A DNA stretch of 64,000 bases from Candidatus Zixiibacteriota bacterium (GCA_021159005.1 JAGGSN010000136.1:8422-72421); one strand, 5' to 3'; positions 38,389 through 48,877 are shown, numbered from the stretch's first letter. The notes: generated from the letters alone by a model not told the origin. Translations and numbers: made by a program.

Positions 38389-40052
38389 CTGAAAAAGCTA
38401 AGAATGCAAAACTAATCGGCCGCGCTAAGTGGGATGAGGAATTCGCTAAGTCAAAAATTTCCAAGGACAAGAAATTTATGACAGTCTCCTCGAAAGAAGT
38501 TAAGCCGTTATATGACCCCGGCGATATTGACGATATCGATTTCGACCGCGACATTAGCTACCCGGGGCAGTATCCATACACTCGCGGCGTGCATGCCTCG
38601 ATGTATCGCGCCAAGGTCTGGACTATGCGTCAGTTCTCCGGATTCGGGACACCCCGACAGACAAACGAGCGCTACCACTATCTTCTGGAGAGGGGACAGA
38701 CCGGCTTATCGGTGGCATTCGATTTGCCGACCCTGATGGGGTATGATTCCGATTCACCTCGTTCGATGGGTGAAATCGGAGTTTGCGGCGTGGCAGTCGA
38801 TACATTGAAAGATATGGAAATAATTTTCGATGGCATATCGCTTGACAAAATCTCCACCTCCATGACAATAAATTGCCCCTCGACTATCCTTCTGGCTATG
38901 TATATAGTTTTGGCTGAGAAGCAGGGCGTGCCCTCGAATAAATTGACCGGCACTCTGCAGAATGATATCCTGAAAGAATATATCGCTCAAAAGGAATGGA
39001 TATATCCGCCGGAGCCGTCAATAAGGCTGATAACCGACATGATGGCTTACTGTGCCGAGCATGTTCCCAAGTGGAATACGATTTCTATTTCCGGTTATCA
39101 TATTCGCGAGGCGGGCGCAACCGCCGCTCAGGAGTTGGCGTTTACTCTTGCCGATGGTTTCTGCTATGTCGAATCAGCTATTGCCGCCGGTTTGGATGTT
39201 GACGAATTTGCGCCGAGGCTGTCGCATTTCTTCAACTCGCACACCGACTTTTTCGAGGAAATTGCCAAGTATCGCGCCGCCCGACGGATATGGGCGCGTC
39301 ACATGAAAGAAAAGTACGGCGCCAAAAACCCGCGTTCATGGCTGATGAGATTTCATACTCAAACAGCCGGCTGCAGCCTTACCGCGCAGCAGCCGGAAAA
39401 CAATATTATCAGAACAGCCTATGAGGGATTGGCAGGTGTACTGGGCGGCACTCAATCGCTTCACACCAACTCGATGGATGAAACGCTGGCTTTGCCCTCC
39501 GAGAAAGCGGTCAAGATTGCCCTGCGAACTCAGCAAATTATCGCTCATGAAACCGGTGTCGCTAATGTTATTGACCCGTTAGCGGGCAGCTATTTTATCG
39601 AAAAGCTAACCAATGAGATGGAAGAAGAGGCGGAGGCTTATTTCGATGAAATCGAAAAACGCGGCGGCGTGCTCAAATGTATCGAGGATGGATATTTTCA
39701 GAAGGAGATTGCCATAAGTGCCTATCGCTACCAGCTTGAGATTGAAAAGAAAGAACGAATCATTGTCGGTGTGAATGACTTTATCGAGCAGGACGAGAAG
39801 ATTGAAATACCATTGTTAACCATTGATGAAAATGTTGCCAAAGAGCAGTTGAAGAATCTCAACGAGGTCAAAGCCAGCCGCGACAACGACAAAGTTAAAC
39901 GCTGTTTAGCCGATTTGAAAAAAGCAGCTGAGGCGAAAGAAAACCACATGCCGACCTTGCTGGAATGTATCCGATGCTACACGACAGAGGGCGAGATTAC
40001 TGAGACCTTGAAGGAGGTTTACGGCGAATACATAGAGCCGCCGATGATATAA
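38385..40052 (+). CDS. methylmalonyl-CoA mutase family large (catalytic, B12-domain-less) subunit
   Basis: Its 555 aa are collinear with the MCM TIM-barrel substrate-binding domain (..[13 protein letters not shown]...WTMRQ..GFG..). It overlaps the meaB stop by 4 bp. Confidence 0.85.
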
Positions 40053-40058
40053 CCAAGA

Positions 40059-40079
40059 AGTCAGAAGCAACTTCTGACT
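40059..40079 (+). terminator. perfect hairpin AGTCAGAAG-caa-CTTCTGACT, 7 bp after the mutase stop
   Basis: A 9-bp perfect stem. It is a close relative of the hairpin at 2629 (TGTCGGAAG-ttg-CTTCCGACA). Confidence 0.4.
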
Positions 40080-40232
40080 GCACAGATTATCCATCAGTAT
40101 GGAAATGAGCCTAAGCGAATGACATCCTGAGGGCAGAATATGCAATGAAGTTAATATAAACATTCATCATTGAAGGTTTATTTTAATATTAATTGCTGCG
40201 AAAACGTTTATTAAGAAAGCAAAGGTGAAACA

Positions 40233-40571
40233 ATGGCTAAAATGATTGCTTACTGCGGATTGGATTGTGCTAAGTGTGGCGCATATCTCGCTAAGCAGGC
40301 GAATGATGATAACAAGCGCGCTGAGGTGGCAAAAGAATGGTCGGTGCTTTTCAATCACGATATCAAGCCCGAACAAATCAATTGCGATGGATGCTGCTCT
40401 GATGGACAACATTTTTTTTACTGTTCCGATATGTGCGAAATTCGCAAATGCGGCATCGAAAAGAAAGTGGATAATTGTGCTCACTGCGATGAATACGCCT
40501 GCGAAAAATTGGAAGCGTTCTTTAAGCTTGCTCCTCAGGCGCGCGATGCTCTTGAGGCATTGCGGGGATAA
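40233..40571 (+). CDS. Cys-rich DUF3795-family protein
   Basis: MAKMIAYCGLDCAKCGAYLA....CDGCCSDG...C..C.IR.C.........C..C..Y.C, typical of DUF3795. Confidence 0.65.
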   Translation: MAKMIAYCGLDCAKCGAYLAKQANDDNKRAEVAKEWSVLFNHDIKPEQINCDGCCSDGQHFFYCSDMCEIRKCGIEKKVDNCAHCDEYACEKLEAFFKLAPQARDALEALRG

Positions 40572-40602
40572 TTGACAATAAGCCAACAAAAGGAGCGTCA
40601 TC

Positions 40603-41655
40603 ATGCCCGATAACGCATACAACGATTTAGCCGACGCCCTCGACCGTCTGCCCAACGGTTTCCCGCGCACTAAATCCGGAGTCGAAATACAGATACTGAA
40701 GAAAATCTTCACGCCGGAGGAAGCCTCAATCGCCTGCCAGCTAACGGGCGAGATGGAGCTGGTCGATAACATCGCCGAACGTATCGGGCTATTGCCGAAA
40801 GAGGCAAGAAGCAAGCTTTTGCGAATGGCTAAACGCGGCTTGGTTTGGCCTAATAAACATGATGGCAAGATGTATTTTCGTCTTGCGCCCTTCATAGTTG
40901 GAATATTCGAGGAGCACCTTGAGAATATGGATCACGAGTTCGCGCACCTTTTCGATATGTATATGCTGGAAGGCGGGGCAGAGGGCATCATGAAATACAA
41001 TCCGGCGCTTCATCGGGTTGTGCCCTCAACAAGCTTAGCTAAATCCGAATGGATACTTCCCTATGACGATGTTCGGGCGATAATTGAGAATACCAAAGCT
41101 TTTAGCGTTCGCGATTGTATCTGCCGCGCTCAGCAGGCTCATGTCGGCAAACGCTGCGAATATCCTCTTCACAATTGCCTGATGCTATCCTATAAAGAAA
41201 GACCGCCCAAACCGGGCGATATCACAAAGGAACAAGCGCTGGCGATTCTCGACCAAGCCGAAGATGTCGGTTTGGTGCATACGGTAAGCAATGTCAAAGA
41301 GGGTTTAGGATATATCTGCAATTGCTGCGGCTGCTGCTGCGGAATACTCCGAGGGATAACCGAATACGGCATCAAGGAATCGGTGGCGCATGCGAACTAT
41401 TTTGCAGTAATAGACCCGGATGAATGCACAGGCTGCGGCACCTGTATTGAGCGTTGTCAGGTAAACGCTATCATCGAACAGGATGGCATCTCAGTTGTCG
41501 AAAAAGATGGCTGCATCGGCTGCGGTTTATGCGTTACCGGCTGTCCCGATAACGCTGCAAAACTTCAGCTAAAACCAGCCGATGAAATCATCGAGCCGCC
41601 GGCGGATTATGCGGTCTGGGAGCAAGAGCGTTTGCGCAGTAGAGGGATGCGGTAA
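40603..41655 (+). CDS. Fe-S protein with a CNCCGCCCG cluster motif and a C-terminal 2x[4Fe-4S] ferredoxin domain
   Basis: CTGCGTCIERC and CIGCGLCVTGCP (two CxxCxxCxxxCP motifs), preceded by YICNCCGCCCGIL. Confidence 0.7.
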   Translation: MPDNAYNDLADALDRLPNGFPRTKSGVEIQILKKIFTPEEASIACQLTGEMELVDNIAERIGLLPKEARSKLLRMAKRGLVWPNKHDGKMYFRLAPFIVGIFEEHLENMDHEFAHLFDMYMLEGGAEGIMKYNPALHRVVPSTSLAKSEWILPYDDVRAIIENTKAFSVRDCICRAQQAHVGKRCEYPLHNCLMLSYKERPPKPGDITKEQALAILDQAEDVGLVHTVSNVKEGLGYICNCCGCCCGILRGITEYGIKESVAHANYFAVIDPDECTGCGTCIERCQVNAIIEQDGISVVEKDGCIGCGLCVTGCPDNAAKLQLKPADEIIEPPADYAVWEQERLRSRGMR

Positions 41656-41762
41656 CAAAAGCAGTTTTATTGTTAGACAATAATCATTTGGAAACCAAAG
41701 TAATTTCATAGAGGCATCCACCTGAGATGGATACGCCTTACATTGTTGTAAACACAATCGGC

Positions 41763-42308
41763 TTAAATTTTAACTTTGGTAGGCAATGTTAAATTTAAAA
41801 TACACTCAGAGCAGAAAGTTTCCGGGCGGTTGTCAAGCTCGGACAGCGTTTCAGCTATACTCATCTGGCAATCAAGATTTTTGCAGTCTTTCAAACCCAA
41901 CATATGACCAACCTCATGGGCGGCGATGTTTAGCAGGCGGGATCTTAGAAGGTTTTCATCCTCCGGAAGCCCGTGCAATTCGGGTTTAATCCTATGAGTG
42001 CTTATTATAGCCGTTCGACTGACATCATTAGCTTGCCCCATAACGAAGTTTTTGTTTGGGATAAAAAGGTCTTCCTCGGTCATTGCCAGAATCATCTCGA
42101 ACTCCGAACCTTTAAGCAGTTCAAGCTTGCTTAGAATAGGAACGGCATAATATTGATTCTGTTTCCTGTTATATGCCTCCTCTGGCAAACGAGAGACTAT
42201 GCCTGATTGAGGTCTTAAATAAAACCTTCGGCAAAGTTCATTCGACAGCCATTCGGTAAATCTGCGAGTGCCCTCATCTAAAGGTACAACATATAACTTT
42301 TCGTGCAT
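41763..42308 (-). CDS. amzA: archaemetzincin-like zinc metallopeptidase
   Basis: HEVGHMLGLKDCKNLDCQM...(16 residues)...CSEC matches the pattern HExxHxxGx3Cx4CxMx17CxxC. Confidence 0.75.
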   Translation of the reverse strand: MHEKLYVVPLDEGTRRFTEWLSNELCRRFYLRPQSGIVSRLPEEAYNRKQNQYYAVPILSKLELLKGSEFEMILAMTEEDLFIPNKNFVMGQANDVSRTAIISTHRIKPELHGLPEDENLLRSRLLNIAAHEVGHMLGLKDCKNLDCQMSIAETLSELDNRPETFCSECILNLTLPTKVKI

Positions 42309-42468
42309 GCCAGTATTCTCCGCTTCTTATCGGCAATATTCAATGATTACATTCGATCTGACTTTTCATTTTCAAGAAGACCATATTCAGAAATTATGTC
42401 AGAACAGCATCATCTATTTTCCACAGTTGTAATGTAAAAACTAAGCACCACAAAAATCAACATAATTA

Positions 42469-42741
42469 TCAATCCGCAACAAAAAATTTTGACTTTGATC
42501 CATGAGGAGAAATCTCCACAACCATTTTACCGCCGCATTTCGGACACCAACCGACAAAAGATGTTTTGTTTTTACTTAAATATATACGACTGTAAACATT
42601 ACAGCATTTAAAAACAACACCGATATAAGGCCGCCTATGGCGAACAACCCGACGCCTTGGATTTAAACCAGCTTTCAAGTCAACGATTAAGCCTTTTCTG
42701 CTGCGCATATTTTTATTTTGCAATAATCTTTCCATTATCAT
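42469..42741 (-). CDS. small basic zinc-ribbon protein (hypothetical)
   Basis: CC..(n)..CPKCGG motif. It overlaps the glcK 3' end by 29 bp, and its coding status is uncertain. Confidence 0.3.
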   Translation of the reverse strand: MIMERLLQNKNMRSRKGLIVDLKAGLNPRRRVVRHRRPYIGVVFKCCNVYSRIYLSKNKTSFVGWCPKCGGKMVVEISPHGSKSKFFVAD

Positions 42742-43669
42742 CTACGAATGACAGAAGCGAGGCGCCGATAAAACCGGCATTGTTGCTCAGCCTGGCTTTG
42801 AGTACTTTGAGATTTGAAACAGCGGCCTTGAAAGCATTTCTCTTGATAGCTTCCTGTATCAGGCTGATATACTCCCGACCGGCATCCGCAAACCCGCCGC
42901 CGATAACAATAGCCTGCGGATTCAACACATTTACTAACGAACCTAAACCGGCGCCTAAATAATCGGCGTTTTCCTCAATTGTATATTTTGCCGCTTTATC
43001 TCCTTTTTTAAATAGTCCATACATTTCGGCCGGGCTTACTTTTTGCAAAGCCTTGCCGCCATGCTTCTTAGACCAATACCTGAACCGCTTCATCATATTA
43101 GGCACGCTGGCATAAGCCTCCAAACAACCACGCCTGCCGCATCCGCAAAGCCTGCCGTTATGTTTTATCACTATATGGCCTATCTCAGCCGCGGTATAGC
43201 TTGAGCCTCTGTAAAGACTGCCATCGATAATCAAACCGCCGCCTATGCCGGTGCCGATAGTAACAAACACCATATCTTTATATCGGCATTTATAGCCAAT
43301 TAAATACTCTGCTAAAGCAACAGAATTAGCATCATTGTCGGCATAAACAGGGATATTATAATCACTGAAAACTTTAGTTAGGATTGTTCCCTGCCAGTTT
43401 TTAATATTGGGTGAGGCGTCAGTAACCTTGCCGTTAGGTTGGCTTATTGTCCCCGGACTGCCTATTCCTATCGATAGAACCTTATAGCCTTCATTATTGC
43501 ATATCATTAAAAGATCATTGCAGATTCTTTTGAGATTATAAATTACAACCTGATTGCCGGATTCTGCGCCGGAGGGTACTTTAAAATTGTACAGAACTTT
43601 ATAATGTTCGCTAACTATGCCGGCTTTGATGAAGGTTCCGCCAAGGTCTATGCCAAGCCTGACTTTCAT
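42713..43669 (-). CDS. glcK: ROK family glucokinase/sugar kinase
   Basis: MKVRLGIDLGGTFIKAGIV, and the ROK zinc motif CGCGRRGCLEAYAS. Confidence 0.85.
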   Translation of the reverse strand: MKVRLGIDLGGTFIKAGIVSEHYKVLYNFKVPSGAESGNQVVIYNLKRICNDLLMICNNEGYKVLSIGIGSPGTISQPNGKVTDASPNIKNWQGTILTKVFSDYNIPVYADNDANSVALAEYLIGYKCRYKDMVFVTIGTGIGGGLIIDGSLYRGSSYTAAEIGHIVIKHNGRLCGCGRRGCLEAYASVPNMMKRFRYWSKKHGGKALQKVSPAEMYGLFKKGDKAAKYTIEENADYLGAGLGSLVNVLNPQAIVIGGGFADAGREYISLIQEAIKRNAFKAAVSNLKVLKARLSNNAGFIGASLLSFVDDNGKIIAK

Positions 43670-44862
43670 CTCGAATTGTACGCCTCTACGCCGCGTTTTA
43701 AAACATCCATGGCATCCTTAAGGTCATCCGTATTGAGAACATAGGCAATCCGGCATTCGCTTTCGCCTTTTCCGGAGGAGGCATAGAAACCGGGACCGGG
43801 AGCAACCATAACCGTTTTGCCGTTGTCATCAAATTCATCAAGCATAAACACTGAGAATTTCTCGGCGCTGTCAATCGGCAGTTTTGCCATGATATAGAAA
43901 GCACCGCTTGGTTTAATACACACCGTGCCCTCGATTTTCATAAGCCCATCATAGACTGTATCGCGGCGGCGGCGATATTCGCCAATCATCTTATTGAAAT
44001 ACTCATCGCCAAGCTCGTAAGCGGCGGCAGCGCCAATTTGCTCCAGTGTCGGCGAGCAAAGCCGTGCCTGCCCAAGATAAAGCGCGGCTGTATAAACATC
44101 GCTGTTTTTTGTTGTCAGGTTGCCAACACGCGCGCCGCAGGCTGAAAACCTTTTGCTAATTGAGTCGAGCATAATCGCTCTGTCCTCAATGCCCTCCAGC
44201 GACATTACGCTTATATGTTTGCCCTCATAGATATATTCGCGGTAAACCTCATCCGCTAATAAAAACAGGTTATGCTTAATTATCAGGTTCTTCAAGCTAT
44301 TGATTTCTTCGGCGCTGTATAAAGTGCCGGTAGGATTATTGGGGTTGCAGTACATAATGCCGCGTGTTTTATTGGTGATATGCTTCTCGATAACATCCGG
44401 CGATGGCAAATGGAAACCGCTTTCGGCAGTTGTCGTTATCGGCACAAGCTTGATGCCCGCCTGAATAGCGAAACCGTTGTAATTAGTATAAAAAGGCTCG
44501 AATACGATAATCTCATCCCCGGGATTGCTGATAATTGTCATGGCAAAAATAATAGCCTCGGAACCGCCTGTCGTTACTATGATTTCATCGGCGTTTATAG
44601 CCAGTCCGCATCGCTTATAATAGGCGGATAGCTTATCGAGATAATCAGCCATCCCCTGCGAATTGCCGTAGGCAAGCACCTTGTTGGAGTAATTTTTTAT
44701 CGCCTGCCAAAATTCGACGGGGGTTTCAATATCAGGCTGACCTATATTGAGATGATAAACATGAATACCGCGTTTTTTAGCTTTATCGGCATAGGGTATT
44801 AATTTCCTGATTGGCGATGCCGGCAATATTTTTCCCCGCTGCGATATATCTATTTTCGTCAT
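43666..44862 (-). CDS. pyridoxal-phosphate-dependent aminotransferase (class I/II, AspC-like)
   Basis: About 400 aa with the aminotransferase fold. SKRFSACGARVG carries the PLP lysine, and NPNNPTG is present. Confidence 0.8.
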   Translation of the reverse strand: MTKIDISQRGKILPASPIRKLIPYADKAKKRGIHVYHLNIGQPDIETPVEFWQAIKNYSNKVLAYGNSQGMADYLDKLSAYYKRCGLAINADEIIVTTGGSEAIIFAMTIISNPGDEIIVFEPFYTNYNGFAIQAGIKLVPITTTAESGFHLPSPDVIEKHITNKTRGIMYCNPNNPTGTLYSAEEINSLKNLIIKHNLFLLADEVYREYIYEGKHISVMSLEGIEDRAIMLDSISKRFSACGARVGNLTTKNSDVYTAALYLGQARLCSPTLEQIGAAAAYELGDEYFNKMIGEYRRRRDTVYDGLMKIEGTVCIKPSGAFYIMAKLPIDSAEKFSVFMLDEFDDNGKTVMVAPGPGFYASSGKGESECRIAYVLNTDDLKDAMDVLKRGVEAYNSR

Positions 44863-44885
44863 AATAACCTCTTCTTTTTATACTT

Positions 44886-45893
44886 TTACCAGACTATATC
44901 AACTTTACGTCCGCAATTCGGGCATTTTTCAAACCTTCCCTCGGAAAGGCGGACACTGTAGCCGTTTCTTTCTATCCACAGATGCCCGCAGTCGGGGCAT
45001 AATGTATTCGAGTTGTCAATATAATTTCCCGGATATACAAAGGCAAGCTTAGACCGGGCGATTTCAACGGCTTTTTGAAGCGATGGTATTTCAGTCGGCG
45101 GCAGTTCATATTTATAATTCGGGAAATAGCGCGAGATATGTAAAGGCATTAATGGATTAATATCAGCCGCTAAATCGACTAAGGCTTTTACATCAGCCTC
45201 GCTGTCATTTTCGCCGGGTATAAGCAGATTAGTTATTTCAACCGAGATATTCATTTCGCAAGCAATCTTTATCGTTCGCAATACATCATCACGATTGCCG
45301 TGGATTACTTTCTCGTAATATTCCCGTGATGCCGATTTCAAATCGATATTCATGGCATCGACATATTTAAACAACTCGCGCGCCGGTTCTTCATTGATAT
45401 AGCCGTTGCTAACGAGAACCACTTTCAAGCCTTTTTCTTTTAGCAGCAGGGCACAGTCATAAATATATTCATACCAGACTAATGGTTCGGTATAAGTAAA
45501 CGCTATTCCGATTGAACCTCTTTTATCAGCCATTGCTGTTAATTGCTCGGGTGAGACGTACTCAGTCGGGACTTTCTTTTGAGATATAGTCCAGTTCTGA
45601 CAAAACGGGCATTTGAGGTTGCAGCCGTTAGGTCCGGTTGATAAAATAGGTTTCCCCGGATGAAAATGATACAAAGGTTTTTTCTCGATTGGATCAATCG
45701 CCAAAGAGACTAACTGTCCATACCCATCGGCAATCAGTTCTCCATCGATATTTTTGCGCTGTTTGCAGATTCCAAATTTGCCGGGCTTGATACTGCACTC
45801 TACCGGGCACAGATGACATCTGACCCGCTTGTCCGGCATTTTTTCATAATATTTAGCTTGTATTTGCGTCATATAGAATTTTATCGACTTCAT
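44886..45893 (-). CDS. AmmeMemoRadiSam-system-type radical SAM enzyme
   Basis: AKYYEKMPDKRVRCHLCPVECSIKPGKFGICKQR in the N-terminal region, and CNLKCPFCQNW (CxxxCxxC). The start is placed at the internal Met (MKSIKFYMTQ) so that it does not overlap the upstream gene. Confidence 0.75.
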   Translation of the reverse strand: MKSIKFYMTQIQAKYYEKMPDKRVRCHLCPVECSIKPGKFGICKQRKNIDGELIADGYGQLVSLAIDPIEKKPLYHFHPGKPILSTGPNGCNLKCPFCQNWTISQKKVPTEYVSPEQLTAMADKRGSIGIAFTYTEPLVWYEYIYDCALLLKEKGLKVVLVSNGYINEEPARELFKYVDAMNIDLKSASREYYEKVIHGNRDDVLRTIKIACEMNISVEITNLLIPGENDSEADVKALVDLAADINPLMPLHISRYFPNYKYELPPTEIPSLQKAVEIARSKLAFVYPGNYIDNSNTLCPDCGHLWIERNGYSVRLSEGRFEKCPNCGRKVDIVW

Positions 45894-46854
45894 TTTTGAC
45901 ACGCTGAGGTGTGATATTATCGAAACAGTATTTTTGCGGCATGCGGCATTTTTTCTGGCCGTGAAGACTGCATGGCGAACATTCGACATTATCGCAGATT
46001 ATGCTGTCGTTTTCGCCAAGAGGGGAGAAGCCAAGCGATGGATGAGTCGGTCCGAATATCGCCGCTACCGGCACCGATAACGAAACCGCCAGATGCATCA
46101 ACCCCGAATCGTTGGATACAACGACATCGCACATCGACATAATGCCGGCAATCCGGTCAATATCCATTTTATAAGCGGCCGCTAACTGGTCGGATGAGAT
46201 ATTCAAATTAGGGTCAAAATCATCAAAAGGACCGCTGAACACAATGATACCCTTATCACTGTCGGCTAACAACAATTCCGCAAGTTCCTGATATTTAAGC
46301 CACTGCTTCTCGTAATGCTTTGAGCCGGGGCATAAACCGACTATTTTTCCCTTTAGACCGGTATTTTTTATAAAGTCCTCGCCGAATTTGACGATTTCCG
46401 GTTGAAGTTCAACATAAGGACGACGCTCTATCGGCTTTACTTTCAGCCGCTTTAGAGCCGCTAAATAAGCATCCACAGTGTGCCCGATATTGAGCTTCAT
46501 TTTGGGACGTCTGATAATCAGCTCTCTTTTTAGCCGACGCTTGGGATAGCTTACCACGTTCTTCGGGTTTATACCGGCGGTAAATATTATACTGCGGGGA
46601 TTTTTTTGAAGGTCTATCACGGTATCATATTTTTGCTTTTTCAATTCTTTTAGCAAGAAACGCATATTCCCATCATAGGCAAAAGCCGTATCAACTGCCG
46701 GAAACTGGTCGAACATGGAGGCATATTCTTGCTTGGTTAAAAAATCGACAATCACAGACTTGTCATTCTGCTTAATCGATGAAGCCACAGGCAAGGCTAA
46801 GATAACATCTCCCATAGAACTGAAGCGGATTATTAATACTTTTTTCATTTTCAT
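45853..46854 (-). CDS. glycosyltransferase family 9 (ADP-heptose:LPS heptosyltransferase-like)
   Basis: KKVLIIRFSSMGDVILALPV at the N-terminus, and ..DSGLMHLAVSLSVPVAAIFGPT in the C-terminal region. The start is placed at MKMKK. Confidence 0.8.
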   Translation of the reverse strand: MKMKKVLIIRFSSMGDVILALPVASSIKQNDKSVIVDFLTKQEYASMFDQFPAVDTAFAYDGNMRFLLKELKKQKYDTVIDLQKNPRSIIFTAGINPKNVVSYPKRRLKRELIIRRPKMKLNIGHTVDAYLAALKRLKVKPIERRPYVELQPEIVKFGEDFIKNTGLKGKIVGLCPGSKHYEKQWLKYQELAELLLADSDKGIIVFSGPFDDFDPNLNISSDQLAAAYKMDIDRIAGIMSMCDVVVSNDSGLMHLAVSLSVPVAAIFGPTHPSLGFSPLGENDSIICDNVECSPCSLHGQKKCRMPQKYCFDNITPQRVKNEVDKILYDANTS

Positions 46855-47645
46855 AGAAAAACCAATCCTGATACGCCTATTAAAAGGCAATATAAACCAA
46901 AGTAGAAAAACTGTCCTTTTTTTATCAGGCTCATAAGCCAGGCGATGGATAAATAGCCGATTACAAAAGCTGCTGCTGCGCCAGCCGCATATGCTCCCAG
47001 CTGCGCGCTCTCAAGCGGTGATGACATCAGGCTAAACGATTTTAAAACTCCGGCGCCAAACACTGCCGGTAAAGACAGCAAAAACGAGAATTCAGCCGCC
47101 TCTGCAGGAGCGATTTTTAAATGTAAGCCGGCGGTAATAGTTGTACCCGATCTTGAGATGCCGGGCATGATTGCCGCCGCTTGCGCTATGCCGATTATTA
47201 ATCCCGACTTGAAGCCAACCTGTTTCTTGCCGGGTTTGACCAGCCTTGTTGAAAGAAGCAGACAGGCTGTAGCTATCAGCATAACCGAAACCATTGTTGC
47301 CGACCCGAATGCAATTTCGATATAATCCTCAAACGCCAAACCGATAATCACCGCGGGAATTGTCCCTATTACGATTATAACCGCCAGCTTTAATGACGGC
47401 AGTTTATCCTCTGTGTATGGAGGCAATAAGCTAATCAATAATTTGCCGATTTTATTTCTGAAATATATCAACACCGAAACCATCGTGGCAAAATGCACAA
47501 TAACCTCAAATATCAAGCCTGCTGATGCCGTGCCGCCAAGTATTTTTTCAGCTAAAACCAAATGTCCCGAACTTGATACCGGCAGGAATTCAGTCGCTCC
47601 CTGAATGGCTCCAAGTATTATGGCAGTAATTAAATCCAATCTCAA
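46851..47645 (-). CDS. uppP: undecaprenyl-diphosphate phosphatase
   Basis: FLPVSSSGHL signature, eight transmembrane segments, and PGISRSG. Confidence 0.9.
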   Translation of the reverse strand: MRLDLITAIILGAIQGATEFLPVSSSGHLVLAEKILGGTASAGLIFEVIVHFATMVSVLIYFRNKIGKLLISLLPPYTEDKLPSLKLAVIIVIGTIPAVIIGLAFEDYIEIAFGSATMVSVMLIATACLLLSTRLVKPGKKQVGFKSGLIIGIAQAAAIMPGISRSGTTITAGLHLKIAPAEAAEFSFLLSLPAVFGAGVLKSFSLMSSPLESAQLGAYAAGAAAAFVIGYLSIAWLMSLIKKGQFFYFGLYCLLIGVSGLVFL

Positions 47646-48238
47646 AGACCAAAAACAATCGCCATTATAAAGCCAAAGGAATCATCAAACTGAAATTCGC
47701 CGGTTACCAAAGTGCGTTCGCTTAATTCAAGGCTGACACCGGGATTAAAGCCAAGGTTAAATTTGCTGTCTCCCGGATATTTATCCCAGCGAAGGATTAG
47801 TCGCGCAAATGGCCAGAGATCCATATCATCGGTTATGCCTATATTGCGCGAGCCAACAACCAAGCCGCCCAAAGAGTAGCTGTTGCTGCTGGAAACGCGG
47901 GAATACTCGAATAAACCGCCAACCGATAAATCGACAGGGTCGTTAATCCGCAGTTCCATCAACTGGTATCTGAGGTCGCCGCCAAACATGAAACCGTTAT
48001 CAAATCTTTTATAATCAAGCAAACCGAATCTTATGGAGGCATCCGTATAGCCGCCTATGCCACAACGAAAACCACCCACAAGGCTTGAAACATTATCATA
48101 AATGCCCAAATAAGCCAGTCCCTGCTTTCTCCCCTGAAAGACAGTTTCCGCAGGGCTAACTTCTGCCGTGAACTGTCCTACCGCCATTGAACTAAATAAT
48201 AGTATAACTATAGCCGACAATAAGATGATTTTCTTCAC
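47642..48238 (-). CDS. outer-membrane beta-barrel protein (hypothetical)
   Basis: Signal peptide followed by alternating amphipathic beta strands. Ends in ..VFGL. Confidence 0.55.
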   Translation of the reverse strand: MKKIILLSAIVILLFSSMAVGQFTAEVSPAETVFQGRKQGLAYLGIYDNVSSLVGGFRCGIGGYTDASIRFGLLDYKRFDNGFMFGGDLRYQLMELRINDPVDLSVGGLFEYSRVSSSNSYSLGGLVVGSRNIGITDDMDLWPFARLILRWDKYPGDSKFNLGFNPGVSLELSERTLVTGEFQFDDSFGFIMAIVFGL

Positions 48239-48262
48239 TATTGTTCCTTTCCTAAAACACTA

Positions 48263-48877
48263 TTAAAAAGTCAGCGATATTCCCGCTTCCAGCAGTAAAA
48301 ACTTAGTCGACTTCTCGTCTGTTGCAATAATATTATACCGTCCCTCGGCATAAGGTACAAAAGGAAACATTGGTACATTTACCTCTACTCCGCCAAGGAA
48401 ATGATAACCTATTTTTGATTGATTATCAGGTATTGGGAAAGATTGCGTCAATTCCGTATCAAACTCGTAAGCCATGGCATGCATAGCTGCGCCTGCGCCT
48501 ACATAAGGTTTCACAATCGGCATAACATCAAAGGACTTTTTCAAACTCAAACCAACCGATAAATCATGAAGTTTGAAATCAACCTGGTCGTTAATCTCTT
48601 TCTTACCCCAGGCATAATCGGCGAAAAGCCAGAAATCGACAGGCAGCGGTAATGTGCCAATCTTTACATGAGCGCCTATCGAGGTAAGCTCTTCGTCAAA
48701 CGTGAGTTCTTCATTTATGCCGAGCGAATCAGCTATCTCACCTAAACAATTATCAATCTCATCATAGCTGTACCCGTTAGTCATTCCCCCATGCAATCCA
48801 AAACCAAGTCCAAGCAGAGCATAAGCCGGCAAATTCAAGCAGACAACTAATGATAGGGCAAATACAAACTTTTTCAT
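48263..48877 (-). CDS. outer-membrane beta-barrel protein (hypothetical)
   Basis: Signal peptide MKKFVFALSLVVCLNLPAYA. C-terminal ..GISLTF with a terminal Phe. Confidence 0.55.
   Translation of the reverse strand: MKKFVFALSLVVCLNLPAYALLGLGFGLHGGMTNGYSYDEIDNCLGEIADSLGINEELTFDEELTSIGAHVKIGTLPLPVDFWLFADYAWGKKEINDQVDFKLHDLSVGLSLKKSFDVMPIVKPYVGAGAAMHAMAYEFDTELTQSFPIPDNQSKIGYHFLGGVEVNVPMFPFVPYAEGRYNIIATDEKSTKFLLLEAGISLTF

Noticed and set aside
38996-39548. Several 60-90-aa Arg/Ser-rich ORFs on both strands inside the mutase gene
   Set aside because: They arise from the GC-rich codon usage of the mutase gene and overlap it throughout. None is supported by any motif.
40167-40895. 242-aa minus-strand ORF, and the 109-aa plus-strand ORF at 40246-40575
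   Set aside because: Both overlap the well-supported plus-strand DUF3795 gene (40233-40571) and the start of the Fe-S gene. Their composition is low-complexity, and neither contains any recognisable motif. I treat them as shadow ORFs.
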